From Octopus bimaculoides (Eukaryota), in the NCBI RefSeq assembly GCF_001194135.2, contig NC_068993.1:4464293-4528292 (forward strand): a stretch of DNA of 64,000 nt, written 5' to 3'. Below are positions 1 to 11,464 of the stretch, one piece after another; the first letter of the stretch is position 1, and every line of letters starts with the position of its first letter. Under the pieces are notes generated by a model. It saw only the letters and a program-made list of their open reading frames with translations. It ran no database searches and had not been told where the DNA came from. The position numbers and the translations under genes are program-made.

Positions 1-101
1 ATTCTTTAATGATTCATTACAGTTGTTTCTGTACCATTTCTATCTGCAATGCCAGTTTATGAAAAAAATTGATGTGAAAATTTATGTACTTGTTATGGGG
101 A

Positions 102-103
102 TA

Positions 104-158
<55 letters not shown>
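102..158. repeat. (AAT)n microsatellite
   Basis: Direct reading of the tandem AAT tract. Confidence 0.97.
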
Positions 159-160
<2 letters not shown>

Positions 161-429
161 GAACACACCTCTCCGTGGCATGTGCTAATCATTGCAACAA
201 CAGGTATGTGTTAGTCGTTACAAATACTGTGATGTAGAAAGTCGAGGGTTAAGAGTCCGCAAAGTCGGTTATAGATAGTCATGTCATTACTTGTCTCAGT
301 GACTATACTGAAGTAGACGTTATAACAGTCTGACAATAATGTTTGCAGTTTTAGACATTATTAGAATAACACTTCATCAGACTTGCATCAAAGGTACAAC
401 TTTACATTGCGCCATTCATATATATATAA

Positions 430-600
430 AGGACAGGTTTCTTTCAGTCTCTGTCTACCAAATCTATTCACAAGGTTTTGGTTGGCCCAAGGCTATAGTA
501 GAAGACACCTACCCAAGGTGCCACGTAGTGGGACTGAACTGAAAAACATGTGGTCAGGAGGCAAACTTTTTACCACACAGCCATGGCTGTGCCTAATTCA
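430..600 (-). mobile_element. tRNA-derived SINE, family A (CORE-like), 5' part
   Basis: Reverse complement reads ggcacagccatggctgtgtggtaaaaagtttgcc...gttcagtcccactacgtggcaccttgggtaggtgtcttc; homologous to the full copy at 40470-40845. Confidence 0.85.
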
Positions 601-674
601 CTATTTTCAAAGGTAATTGAAACAAAGATAGTGCATTTCAATAGAAATTTAGTCACAGAGGTTTAATATTGCAT

Positions 675-885
675 AACTCTATCAGTTTCTGTATTGTAAC
701 TCACCAGTGACAGCCATTGGTTCAATGATACAAACGTCTTGTTTTCAAATGATGCAAATTAAAAATATTTCCACAAAATTTTTTATCATTTTCCAGTTAT
801 TTTACCAAATTTCTCATTATTTTCAAAATTAACGGAGACAAAGATAACATATTTTGATAGAAATTTGGTTACAAAAGACTTAATA
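675..885 (+). mobile_element. Degraded copy of a piggyBac-like (TTAA) MITE family
   Basis: Similar to 44048-44280 (gatacaaacgtcttgttt...ttattttaccaaatttctcattattttcaaaattaa...ttacaaaagacttaa); ends in TTAA. Confidence 0.5.
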
Positions 886-1254
886 GAAAACTCTTGAGGG
901 ACCATTTTTGAGAATTATTGAATCCATTCGTAGAAATACCACAGTGACATAGTTCTGTTGCAATATTTTACTGAAACCATTCAGGGTATCTCAGCTCCTC
1001 TTATATTATTGCCAGATCACAGAAAATAATCACTGAATGTTGGTGTTATTTCGGCACATCAGAAAGTGATGTGGATATGGTTAACATAATAACAATGACA
1101 ACTTAATTGTTGTTTCATGTTCAAACCTGCATCATAGCAATGAGAAGGAAACGGCATCTAAGGATGCACATGGCTAATTTCTACTGACAATAGGGAAAGA
1201 AAGATTATAAGTACTATGGTGGCTAAATAATGGTTCACATGCACATGCACCATA

Positions 1255-1460
<206 letters not shown>

Positions 1461-1621
1461 TCTGGTTCATACATAAGTGAGCAACTTCACATAGTAAAGC
1501 AACTGACAGGGGGGGGGGGAATACCCCCCCTAGCATGGATAATAGAATGAAGACAATTTAACCCCAAGGGTTGGATTAGAGGTTAGGTAAATTATTCTGG
1601 TGAAGTTACTGAAACACAACA

Positions 1622-1700
1622 AGGCACCTGAAGAAGGCCAGCCAGAGAGTCTAATGTCCAAAAGGTTGTAACTATGGTAACAAAACAAGCAGACATTAAG
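1622..1700 (+). mobile_element. Degenerate Penelope-like pLTR fragment with hammerhead-like motif
   Basis: CTGAAGA (1628-1634) A GGC ... GTC CAAAAG GTT; the expected GCC-GAAAC-GTT is decayed, consistent with CpG loss. Confidence 0.4.
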
Positions 1701-3300
1701 CTAAATTCATCGGTGTAACAACAACTAGCCACTGTTTTGAATTACTTTAGCAAATTCACTCTTACAGAACATGTAATTAGTTGAGGTTGGGCATTAATAT
1801 ACTTCATGTGATTGATTGAAATCACATTCATAATTAAAGCAAAAATAATTGGCATTCATGATAATTCTTGTCTGTGAAAGCAAGTGTTTGCTTTTATTCA
1901 GTTTTTAATCAATTTGGCTTTCAAAGTTGTTCCCCTTGAAATACTTGGTAAGCATTATCATCAACACTGATTATTTTTTTTCTTTTCATTATGTGTACAA
2001 TTTAAATTCTTTAAACATTGTTTATTTGCTTTTACCTTTTTGTTTTTGGTTAAGTAGAGTTTCCCCACAAATGTAATATATGTCCCCACTTAGCTGTAAT
2101 ATCTTTTTACAGACGTCATCCCTGAGAATTTTCTATATCATTCTTGCAGAACATTGGATACCTCTGCTAATTGTCCTAGTCTTCAAGTGATGATGTTAAG
2201 GATCATGAAGAATACAAAAAAAAAAACGAACCCTATTTTTTTAAAATTATTTTCAAATGGTAGGAATTAGCTCTTAAAGTAAACTCTGGAACCATAGGAA
2301 ACAGAGGGATGGAATCAAATATCTGTAAAAAAAAAGACAATGTAAAAATGTATAAAAGAAGGTGGTGGAACCATATACAACAAAATATGATGATTTTCTG
2401 TGATGTTCAGATAACTACTTGCTTCATTTGTCTTTAGAGAAGAAAAAGAAAATAATATAGTAAAACCAAACACAAATACAGGAAAAATAATAGACGTACG
2501 TATGAGAAAACAGAAACAATAATAAAAAAAAAATACTTATTTTGTGTTTCTATTCAAGAGAAAGTTTTTGTAGTATTAAAAATGATTTCTATTTTTGGTG
2601 CTGATTTTCTTTGAGTAACAGATAAATCATTATTATGGTTTATATATTTTATATTTTCTGATGGAACCGGAGGATACCAGCAGGCGAGATTCTACTTAGA
2701 CTGCCAACAATACTTTTATATATATATTTCCAGATAAATATTTTCAATAATCGTTTTATATATTTATAACCTACTTGCCATGATGTTGTTGAGGCTATAA
2801 TTAGTTTCTGAATCTTGCAATTTAGCCTAAATCATTTGTTAAAAGAAATAAGTGCCGATGTTGTTGCTAGTTGTCTTCTAATGTAGTCTAATCTTCTCCC
2901 ATCACACACACACACATACACTTCTACTTCATTCCACTATGGCTATATATAAGAGAATTCTAGACTATAAGTGGTTATCCTGCATGGCACTGTGTATTCT
3001 TTTCTCAGCTTGTTAGGGAAAATATCTCCTGCAAGTCTTTAAATAAAGATTTAAATGACTAGAAGCTGCTCAAGAATTTTTGCTTGGAAAATAAAACCAA
3101 CTTCGATTGTTTACTGCAAAAGATTGTCAGATACTGGTGCAGTGTTTTATGGTGAACATTTTTTCGCTTTTATTGCATTCTGGTTCCCATCCCCATAAAC
3201 AACAAACGACGCATATTTATATGTGTATAGTGACCCCCTTATCCATTTAGCTTGACCTATATTATGAATAATGTATTTTTATGAAGAATTGTCCTTATCC

Positions 3301-3608
3301 AACATGGCTGTGTGGTAAGAAGTTTGCTTCTCAACCAAATGGTTCTGGTTTCAGTACCACTATGTAGCACCTTGGGAAAATATCTCTGATTATCATAGCC
3401 CTGGGCCCACCAAAACCTTGTGAGTGGATTTTATGGACGGAAATTGAATGAAGTCTGTCATGTGTGTGTGTGTGTATGCGTGTTTGTTCCTCACCACTGT
3501 TTGACGACTGGTGTTGGCATGTTTATGTCCCTTTGACTAAACATTTGACAAAAGAGATCTATAGAATAAAGGCCAAGCTTCAAAAAGTCCCGGGGTCAAT
3601 TCCTTTGA
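3301..3608 (+). mobile_element. SINE family A, near full length, diverged
   Basis: atggctgtgtggtaagaagtttgc...gcaccttgggaaaa...gtgagtggattt...(TG)n...gtcccggggtcaat; collinear with 40470-40845. Confidence 0.85.
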
Positions 3609-3689
3609 ATAATGGGGAACAAACACAAACATATGCACACATACACACATACACACACACACACATACACACACTCACACATACATACA

Positions 3690-3845
3690 CGATGAGCTTC
3701 TTTCTATTTCTGTCAACCAAATTCACTCACAAAGCTTTTGTTGGCCTGGGGCTATAATACAAGGCACTTGCTTAAGGTGCTCTGCTATAGGACTGAACCC
3801 TAAATTATATGGTTCAGAACCAAGTTCCTTGAGCACACAACTATA
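3690..3845 (-). mobile_element. SINE family A, 5' part, inverted relative to 3301-3608
   Basis: Reverse complement: gtgtgctcaaggaacttggttctgaacc...ggttcagtccctatagcagagcaccttaagcaagtgcctt...gtgagtgaatttgg. Confidence 0.8.
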
Positions 3846-5451
3846 TCTAAAAGAAATCCTCTGGTGGCATACACCAGACAATAAGTGTCAGAGGGAATTT
3901 CATAATACACCATACAGCTTAGAAATTAATTTTTTCAATTTTTTTTTTCTATACAATAAGAGGAAATCATTTTTGCTTTTGAACTTTAGTTCTTGATAAC
4001 ACTGGGCCTTCAAATGTCTATAGATATATCTTTTTCACTTTTCATACGGGCAAGAAATTTTCCTCTTAAATGAAATTGCTTCCAAACTTTAATGAAAACT
4101 GCCTGAGGTCATAAATACTACGTGCTGTTTGAGGTATTTTTGCTGTTCTTTGTAGGCCGAATATGAAAATGTATTAGCTGATATCTAAAGGGGACACGCT
4201 GCAAGCACTATAATGAGATGATTCCTGGAAGCAATGTTTCATGTAGAGATTTATGAAGCGACTACAAAATCTGAGATATGAATGAAAGTTGAAATAAATA
4301 TATTCTCATTTAGAAAATATAAAAAAAGATCTATTTAACATACTGAGGGCATGTTTATATTAAGGATCATAAAACGATGATAAAAGATTTAAGTGTAGAT
4401 GAGTATGTAATTGAATAAGTTTTACTGTTGCTAAAACTTCATCAAGAAGACCAAGTTTTTCCCTGCAGAATCCAGAGATTCTTTTTTACCATTTAAGCAT
4501 TTTCTGATAATCTACATGCCTTTGATATATACTACATTAAAGAAATGTTCAAATTTATAGGAGTTCTTTAGTATATTTTATCCTTAATTCTAAACATTAC
4601 ATTTTACCAAACTGCAGGGAATCATTACTAGATTTTCTGAGAATATTGGCAGCAAAAGCTAGCATTTTACTAAGTGGTTAGGGATGATATTTATCTCCCA
4701 TCCATTTAATACCATAAAGCTAAGCACCATTCCTTCTGAGCTTCTCATGGATCTTTGAACCACGATCTTGCTTTACCAAGGAATTGAGATGGTCACAGAA
4801 ATACATTACTTAATGAAGTAAAATCTTTCAAATTTATTTTGCATTTTATGATGTAAATAATCATAAGTTTTTGTTGGTCATTCTCAGATATGCTCATTAT
4901 TGAGTTATAAATTAGGTCTTGTAGAATATCAGCAACTCTTCAAAGAGAAAATCTTTCCTGTCCCAGTGGGGGTGGGGGACAAAACAAAAACCAAGGTTTT
5001 AATGATATTGTTTTGGCCATTTTAAAACATTGATTTCAAATTTTGGCACAACACCAGGCTTCTTTCAGTTTCCCTCTACCAAATCTCCTCTCATGCTCAA
5101 CAACAACATGCTTGAAGTTGTACTAAACCTGAAACCTCGTGGTTAAGAAGCAGAATTTTAAACTTTATTGTAAAACAGTACAAACTTGGTTCAGATGGTG
5201 ATTTAAAATAAAACTAAAGAATTGAGGGAGAATACAAAAAAACTAAAATATCCCTTTCATGGTTTTTCAGAAAGCTGCGTGTTTGAATTTCTTCAATGAT
5301 AATTCATTACTGATTTGCTTCATTTGGTTCTGTAAAGTGTAAGAACATGGTAAAATAAGTGCCAAGTTAGTATATTTTATTGCCTGGAACTTGTCAATAC
5401 ACATTGATCTTTTGGTTAATTTTGAAAAATCAATAATACTTTATGTAATAG

Positions 5452-5870
5452 GGCAGGAAAACTGGCAGTAATGTTAGCATGCTGGGGCAAAATGCTTCAC
5501 CAGCATTTCAATCATCTTTACATTCTGAGTTCAAATTCTGTAGAGGTCGATTTGGCCATTCATCCTTTTGGTATTGATAAAATAAGTACCAGGTGTGTAC
5601 CGGAGTCCATCTATTCGGCTGGCCCTACTCCCCCAAAATTTCGGGCCTTGTGCCTAGAGGAGAAAAGAATCATTGGCATGCCGGGTGAAATGCATAGCAG
5701 TATCTTACCAAACTTTACGTCCTGCTTTCAAACTCTGCTGAAGTCAACTTTGCCGTAAATTCTTTCAGGGTCGACAAAATAAAGTACCAGTTGAACACTG
5801 GGGTCGATAAAATTGACTTACCCCTCCCCCAAAATTGCTGGCCTTGTGACAAAATTTGAAATCATTATTC
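5452..5870 (+). mobile_element. Two tandem SINE family B copies (Nin/Deu-like central domain)
   Basis: Each copy has ctgagttcaaat...catcc/ttc...gataaaataagtaccag...ccccaaaattt/gc..ggccttgtg. The junction is near 5670. Confidence 0.85.
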
Positions 5871-6429
5871 ATTAATGTAATAGTAGCAGAAATAGTAATA
5901 ATAATACTTCTAGTTTTAATAGTATCAGTACCAGCATTGACTGTGATGTTAGTAGTAGTAGTAGTATTAATAATGTTTATAGGTTAAGCTGATAGTATTT
6001 GTAGTAAAATAAACCAGAAGTATTGTTAAGGGTGCGGGTGATAGTGGGAGTGATAGTTACCGAAATAGTTATTGTTGGTTGTAAGGCATTAAAAATCGTT
6101 ATGCTCCGTTTCACTAAATTAGACACGCTTTGATCTTGCGGCACACCTCATTATATATGAAACGAGTAAATAATGAGAATATCATTATGTTTAACAAACA
6201 CGCACACACGTCAACAATACAATAAATAAATAAATTTTCTCTAATTATCTTCCAACTAATTGCAGAGTTTTGTTAGAAATAATACGTATGCCTTTGCTAA
6301 AATAATATACTCAGTGAATACCATTGGCATCAGATATCTTCTGAAAACCATCATTAACTTTTCTTGAAATTTATTCATTCTCTTCATTGTCTTTTAGTTT
6401 CCTAAGATACCAAATTTTATTTGTTTATT

Positions 6430-6463
6430 ACAACTATTTACCATCATTATTATTATGAATATC

Positions 6464-6511
<48 letters not shown>

Positions 6512-6635
6512 TTATTATTATTATTATTATTATTATCATCATCAGCAGTGGCCGCAACATCAACATTGTCATCATCATCCTCACTGTCATCATCACCTCC
6601 ATCATCGTCATCATCATCATCATCATCATCGTTGT
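6430..6635. repeat. (ATT)n/(CAT)n compound microsatellite
   Basis: Direct reading; source of the poly-I/Y/L/S pseudo-ORFs. Confidence 0.95.
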
Positions 6636-7104
6636 TGTGGTTAATATTATTTTATTTTCTTCGTTTTTGAAAGGCAGGAAAATGGTCGGTTCCAACTAAG
6701 TCTGCCATGTTTCTAACAGGCTGAAATGTTGTCTTCTTCTGGCAGACATGAATTCTACGTTGTTTAAAGAATAAGAGGAATGGCAACTATTTGATGTTCC
6801 TATGTTTTACATGCATCTTAATTATGTGAGAAAACTGACATGAAATCATGGAGTTTGCTTGTTGACAGCTCACAGTTTTCTTGTCTCTGGCATCAAACAA
6901 CATGCAATAACAACGTAACAAATCTGTTTAGGTTTCACTGCATCAGATGGTGGAAGTAAGGAACGATCCTACTATTCGTCATCATCATCGTCATCATCAT
7001 CATCACCACCACCACCATCATCAACATCATCGTCAACATCATCATCATTGACATCATCGTTGTTGTCGTCATGATCATAATCTAAATCTCCGTTTAGATT
7101 AAGG

Positions 7105-7260
7105 AACAGTAAGAAGTCTGCTTTCCAGCCACTTGGCTTCAGGCTTAGTTCCAATGCATGGCACCTTGGGTAAATGTCTTCTACAACAGTCCCAAGCCAA
7201 CCGAATCTTTGTGACTGGATTTGGTTAACAGAAATTGAAAGAAGCCCATCATATCTGTAT
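7105..7260 (+). mobile_element. SINE family A, 5' part
   Basis: agtaagaagtctgctttccagccac...gcatggcaccttgggtaaatgtcttc...gactggatttgg...gaaagaagcccatc. Confidence 0.8.
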
Positions 7261-7269
7261 TTACACACA

Positions 7270-7284
7270 AGATCGGAAGAGCAC
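7270..7284 (+). other. Illumina TruSeq adapter remnant (assembly contamination)
   Basis: Exact AGATCGGAAGAGCAC immediately before a 10-N gap (7285-7294). Confidence 0.92.
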
Positions 7285-7494
7285 NNNNNNNNNNATATAT
7301 ATATATAATTTTTGTGTGTGCATATATATATTTTTGTATGACTTAATAGAGTTGTCACTGTTTATTTATGTATATAGGAGTTAGTTGTAATTTACTTATT
7401 GAATTTATTTACTGATACGGTTGTACATAGGGTAAATGTGTTTAAAAGTTGTGGATTTTGGGGTTTGGTTTGTTTGTTCCCAATCAACACTTAT

Positions 7495-7590
7495 TTAGTG
7501 CTGCTGACACCGTTGGGTTGAATGGTACTGCCCAGGTGTCGAAACCATAATGATATCCATGAGGCAGCTGATGATGGAGTTAAGTTGGAT
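7495..7590 (+). mobile_element. Degenerate hammerhead-like motif, probable Penelope-like pLTR relic
   Basis: CTGCTGA, then a hairpin GACACC-gTTGGG...CCCAG-GTGTC directly followed by GAAAC; a second CTGATGA lies at about 7568. Confidence 0.35.
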
Positions 7591-7976
7591 TGTTGTTATG
7601 GCTGTGGAATAGGATTATAACACATCCTTTTGATATATATATGTGTGTGTGTGTGTGTGAATGTATGTATGTGTGTATGAGTAAATATATGTGTATGTAT
7701 ATATATGTGTGTATATACATGTGTATGTATATATATATTTGTGTATGTATATATATGTGTGTATGTGTGTGTATGTGTGCATGTGCATTTATATGCTTGT
7801 ATGTGTGTAACCTCCCTTTTGTCTTCACCTTGAGTGATACTTGTAAACAACCATCACTGTTGTCAAAGAGGAGAAGGAAGAGGGGAAAATGAAGGGGAAG
7901 GGGAGATGGAGGAGAAAGGGGAGAAGGAAGAAGAGAAGGTTGTGGGCAGAGGTGAGAGAAGAGGAAAACTGTGATG

Positions 7977-8011
<35 letters not shown>

Positions 8012-8579
8012 TATTATTATTATTATTATTTCTATCATGGCTTCTTATAAAACGCATTCCAGTGATAATCAGAAAAGATTTGTTTTTAAATGAACGTCGA
8101 TAATTAAAAAAAAAAACGACTACTATTAATAAAGGAAACCCACAGGAAAGCACTCGATAATTATATTTTTAAAGTGTTTTCCTGATCTTATTATCATATT
8201 ATAGCATCCTCACTGACCCTTCATTTTGTAGCCATTGTATTATCTGTGAAGAACTAGAGTTGCTAAACAGTTGCAGTTACTTTACATTGTAGTCCAGTTA
8301 TGACATTGTTCGGTATATTTTAGGTGCAGTTATTGTAAGAAGTGCGTGAGTGATAAATAGGCGATAAATGCTAAACACGGCAGTTTAAACAAATTGGTCT
8401 GTGCACAGCTAAGATAATTATAACCAGATTTGTAGAGAACTAAACAAATCAATATGAAAATTGTTGAAGGAATCAGTAACATTCTCGTCTGATTATAGGA
8501 AGATATATTTAAAGCACTATGTACAAAGTGAATGACCATAAATACGTACATACAAACAGACACGCATACAGATAGAGAG

Positions 8580-8624
8580 GCATATATGCATATATACATA
8601 CATACATACATACATACATATCTA

Positions 8625-8678
<54 letters not shown>

Positions 8679-8795
8679 NNNNNNNNNNTATATATATATA
8701 TATATATATATAAATACATACACGTGTGTGTTTGTGTGTGCGTGTGTCTGTGTGTGTGTCTGTGTGTCTGTGTCTGTGTGAATATACACAAACAC

Positions 8796-8841
<46 letters not shown>

Positions 8842-8895
8842 ACTGATATATATCCACACACATACACACACATGTATGTATGTATGTATGTATAT
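8580..8895. repeat. (TA)n/(TG)n/(CATA)n compound microsatellite with internal 10-N gap
   Basis: Direct reading. Confidence 0.95.
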
Positions 8896-9720
8896 ACCAA
8901 AAAATGGTTTACTAAAAAATTTATTTGTAATCATATTTAGAAATTACATCGTGCTTTTGTGTAATGTCGAAATATGTTCAATGGTAGCTGTCATGTTTTG
9001 GGCAGGAAACTTTTTGGCACACACTCCTGACATTACATCTTATAAATAAGGATAAATACCAAAGTTGAAAACCATGAAGGAATTTTGCCAATAGTAGCCG
9101 GAACCATTTCACTAAAATGGATAATACAGCCCATTGTATGTTATTCAGCAAAATATATTTCTTTAATTAGAATTAAAAAGGAGGAAAAAAAAGTTATTAT
9201 CAAAAATACATCTATAGCTATATTTATCTATCTGGCCATTTCTCTCGTTATCTACTTTCTTATATATATATAATACCATCTCTTTGGGCTTATCTATAAC
9301 AAATATTTTTATCTAATTATCTGTCTTTCTACTTCTGGTTTTATCTGACTTACTCTGTCTCTCTCTCTCTCTCTCTCTCTCACTTCTCTTTCTCTTTCTT
9401 TCACTCCCTCTTCACAATCTCTGTATATTTGAATGACTATAGAAGCACTGCAATTAAAATAGCATTAAAGATGAATAATTAATATAAAGAAAAATTATAT
9501 ATATACAACAGATTGAAATATATATTTAGATATGCAGACATTTTAATTAAAATTAATATTTTTTTATTTATTTGAGAAACACTATCAGAATGTGTACTTT
9601 ATTGAATTAAAACAGAAAAACAATAATATTTGTAGATAATACCGCTATCTACAAATATTTTAGATTAATTCAATATAAGAATGAAATAAAAATATTTTAG
9701 AATATGGCTAAATAAATATT

Positions 9721-9900
9721 GCAAGCTGGCAGAAACATTAGTGTGCTGGGCAAAATAATTAGCAGCATTTTCTTTGTTTTTATATTGATTTCAAATTCTG
9801 CTTTTAGGTTTGATAAAATAAGTACCCGTTGAGCACTGAGATTGATCTGATCAGCTTAGACCATCTGCCAAAATTGCAGGCCTTGTGCAATAAATTGAAA
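9721..9900 (+). mobile_element. SINE family B, diverged
   Basis: agctggcagaaacattag...gataaaataagtacccg...ccaaaattgcaggccttgtgc, followed by an (ATT)n tail. Confidence 0.8.
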
Positions 9901-9919
9901 CTTTCACTATTATCACCCT

Positions 9920-9921
9920 TA

Positions 9922-9953
<32 letters not shown>

Positions 9954-9972
9954 GTTATTATTATTATTATTA

Positions 9973-10027
<55 letters not shown>
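9920..10027. repeat. (ATT)n microsatellite
   Basis: Direct reading. Confidence 0.97.
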
Positions 10028-10029
<2 letters not shown>

Positions 10030-10190
10030 GTTAAAAACACACAGCTTATTTTGTTGGGTATGATGGAAAGTGTCAGCTGTCCAAAGCCAGCAGACTAAGG
10101 TGACACTTGTTTACTGGTCATGCTTCAAGAACTCTGCGAAAGATTCTTGCAGTTCCAAGCAATGCTGATTTTTGTAAGTGTTCTACCTCA
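10030..10190 (-). mobile_element. 5'-truncated non-LTR retrotransposon 3' end (RLE-type, R4/Dong-like)
   Basis: The minus strand encodes EVEHLQKSALLGTARIFRRVLEA*, the typical C-terminal LQK.ALLGTA.I.R.VL motif, followed by a short 3' UTR and a (TAA)n tract. Confidence 0.7.
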
Positions 10191-10192
10191 TT

Positions 10193-10255
<63 letters not shown>

Positions 10256-10389
10256 GTTATTATTATTATCATCTATATCTAAGTGTGTTTGTGTATATAT
10301 GCTTTTTATGCATTTCCACATTTTTCATCCAATTTTGATGAAATTTTTTTATGCCTTGAGATACCCACTTTTAGGAGAAAAATAGAGAA

Positions 10390-10630
10390 AACTGAAAGGA
10401 CCACACCACTCCTTCTCCTCGTGATCAGAGATGCACATATTGTCAGCCACTAAGGAACATGCTCAGCTGGTTAAGGTCAACCATCTGACAAACAAATCTT
10501 TGGTATTGAGCTGAATATTTGCTGTACTCCATCTTTTATACCAAGACAAAACAATATACATGATAACACTTCCAATCAGTTAAGATCAGAAGCCATGAGA
10601 GCCACTGCCTGGTACTGCATCAGGGCATTC
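10390..10630. mobile_element. Interspersed repeat fragment abutting an (ATT)n tract (retroposon-like)
   Basis: Higher-complexity segment ending ...ctggtactgcatcagggc directly at (ATT)n. It resembles an abundant octopus repeat from recall; class not determined. Confidence 0.35.
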
Positions 10631-10652
10631 ATTATTATTATCATTATTATTA

Positions 10653-10698
<46 letters not shown>

Positions 10699-10844
10699 GA
10701 AGAAGAAGAAGAAGAAGAAGAGCACGATGTGATTACAATAGATATTTTATTTGTTGAATAATATTTCGACACTCCGTGTGTCTTTTACAAGTTCAACATA
10801 TAAAATGAAATTAAATTCAAAGATAGGAAACGCTGAAGACATTC

Positions 10845-11460
10845 AAAATTAAACCGGAATAACTGCGTTTCTTTCCAAGTAAAACGACGTCATCAGTCTT
10901 TGGTCTTTCACAAAAGGTAGCAGAAGGAAGGAATGAAACAAAAAATAAAAGAAAAAAAGAATTGGAGAAGGAATTATTCAGTCAAAAAGTTTAGTGTAAA
11001 TATGGTGGAATTCACCTGCCATTTTATTAATTCCTCCAGGCTGAGGTGTCAACAGCTCACAAATATATCTATCCTCGTGGGTTTTGAAGACTGAAAGTGT
11101 AGTAGAGTGAGGGTATTTTTTGAGAATGTGCACCTTCAGGTCTTTCTCAAATTTACTCCCGTTTGATGGGAAATGTTCCACAAGTTTCGTTGAACCACAG
11201 TTATTGTGCCTGACATCGTAACTATGTCCGTTAAATCGTTTTTGCAATCGTTCTGTTGTGCAGCCAACATAAATCATTTTGTGTTTGGTGAATTCCACTG
11301 CATACACCAAATGGGAATCCTTACATGTCCCTCCATGTGTGTAAATCATAATATTTCTGTTATAATTCTTGATGGAATTGGTTTGACTCATGTTATTGCG
11401 CAACGAACAGAGCTTAAGTCTCTTATGGGTGTTTCTGTGGGTGCAGCATTCAGAAAGTAA
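10845..11460 (-). mobile_element. Penelope-like element remnant: GIY-YIG endonuclease domain plus downstream hammerhead-like motif
   Basis: Uninterrupted frame ...HKRLKLCSL...CKDSHLVYAVEFTKHKMIYVGCTTERLQKRFNGH...LVEHF...DLKVHILK...HEDRYICELLTPQPGGINK..LFD* (stop at 10978). It retains the VY/YVG, R, E and N catalytic motifs. CTGATGA...GAAAC lies on the same strand at 10896-10867. Confidence 0.85.
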
Positions 11461-11464
11461 GAAT

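Noticed and set aside
10712-10725. GAAGAGCAC as a second adapter remnant
   Set aside because: Only 9 nt match, partly supplied by the (GAA)n repeat, and there is no adjacent gap.
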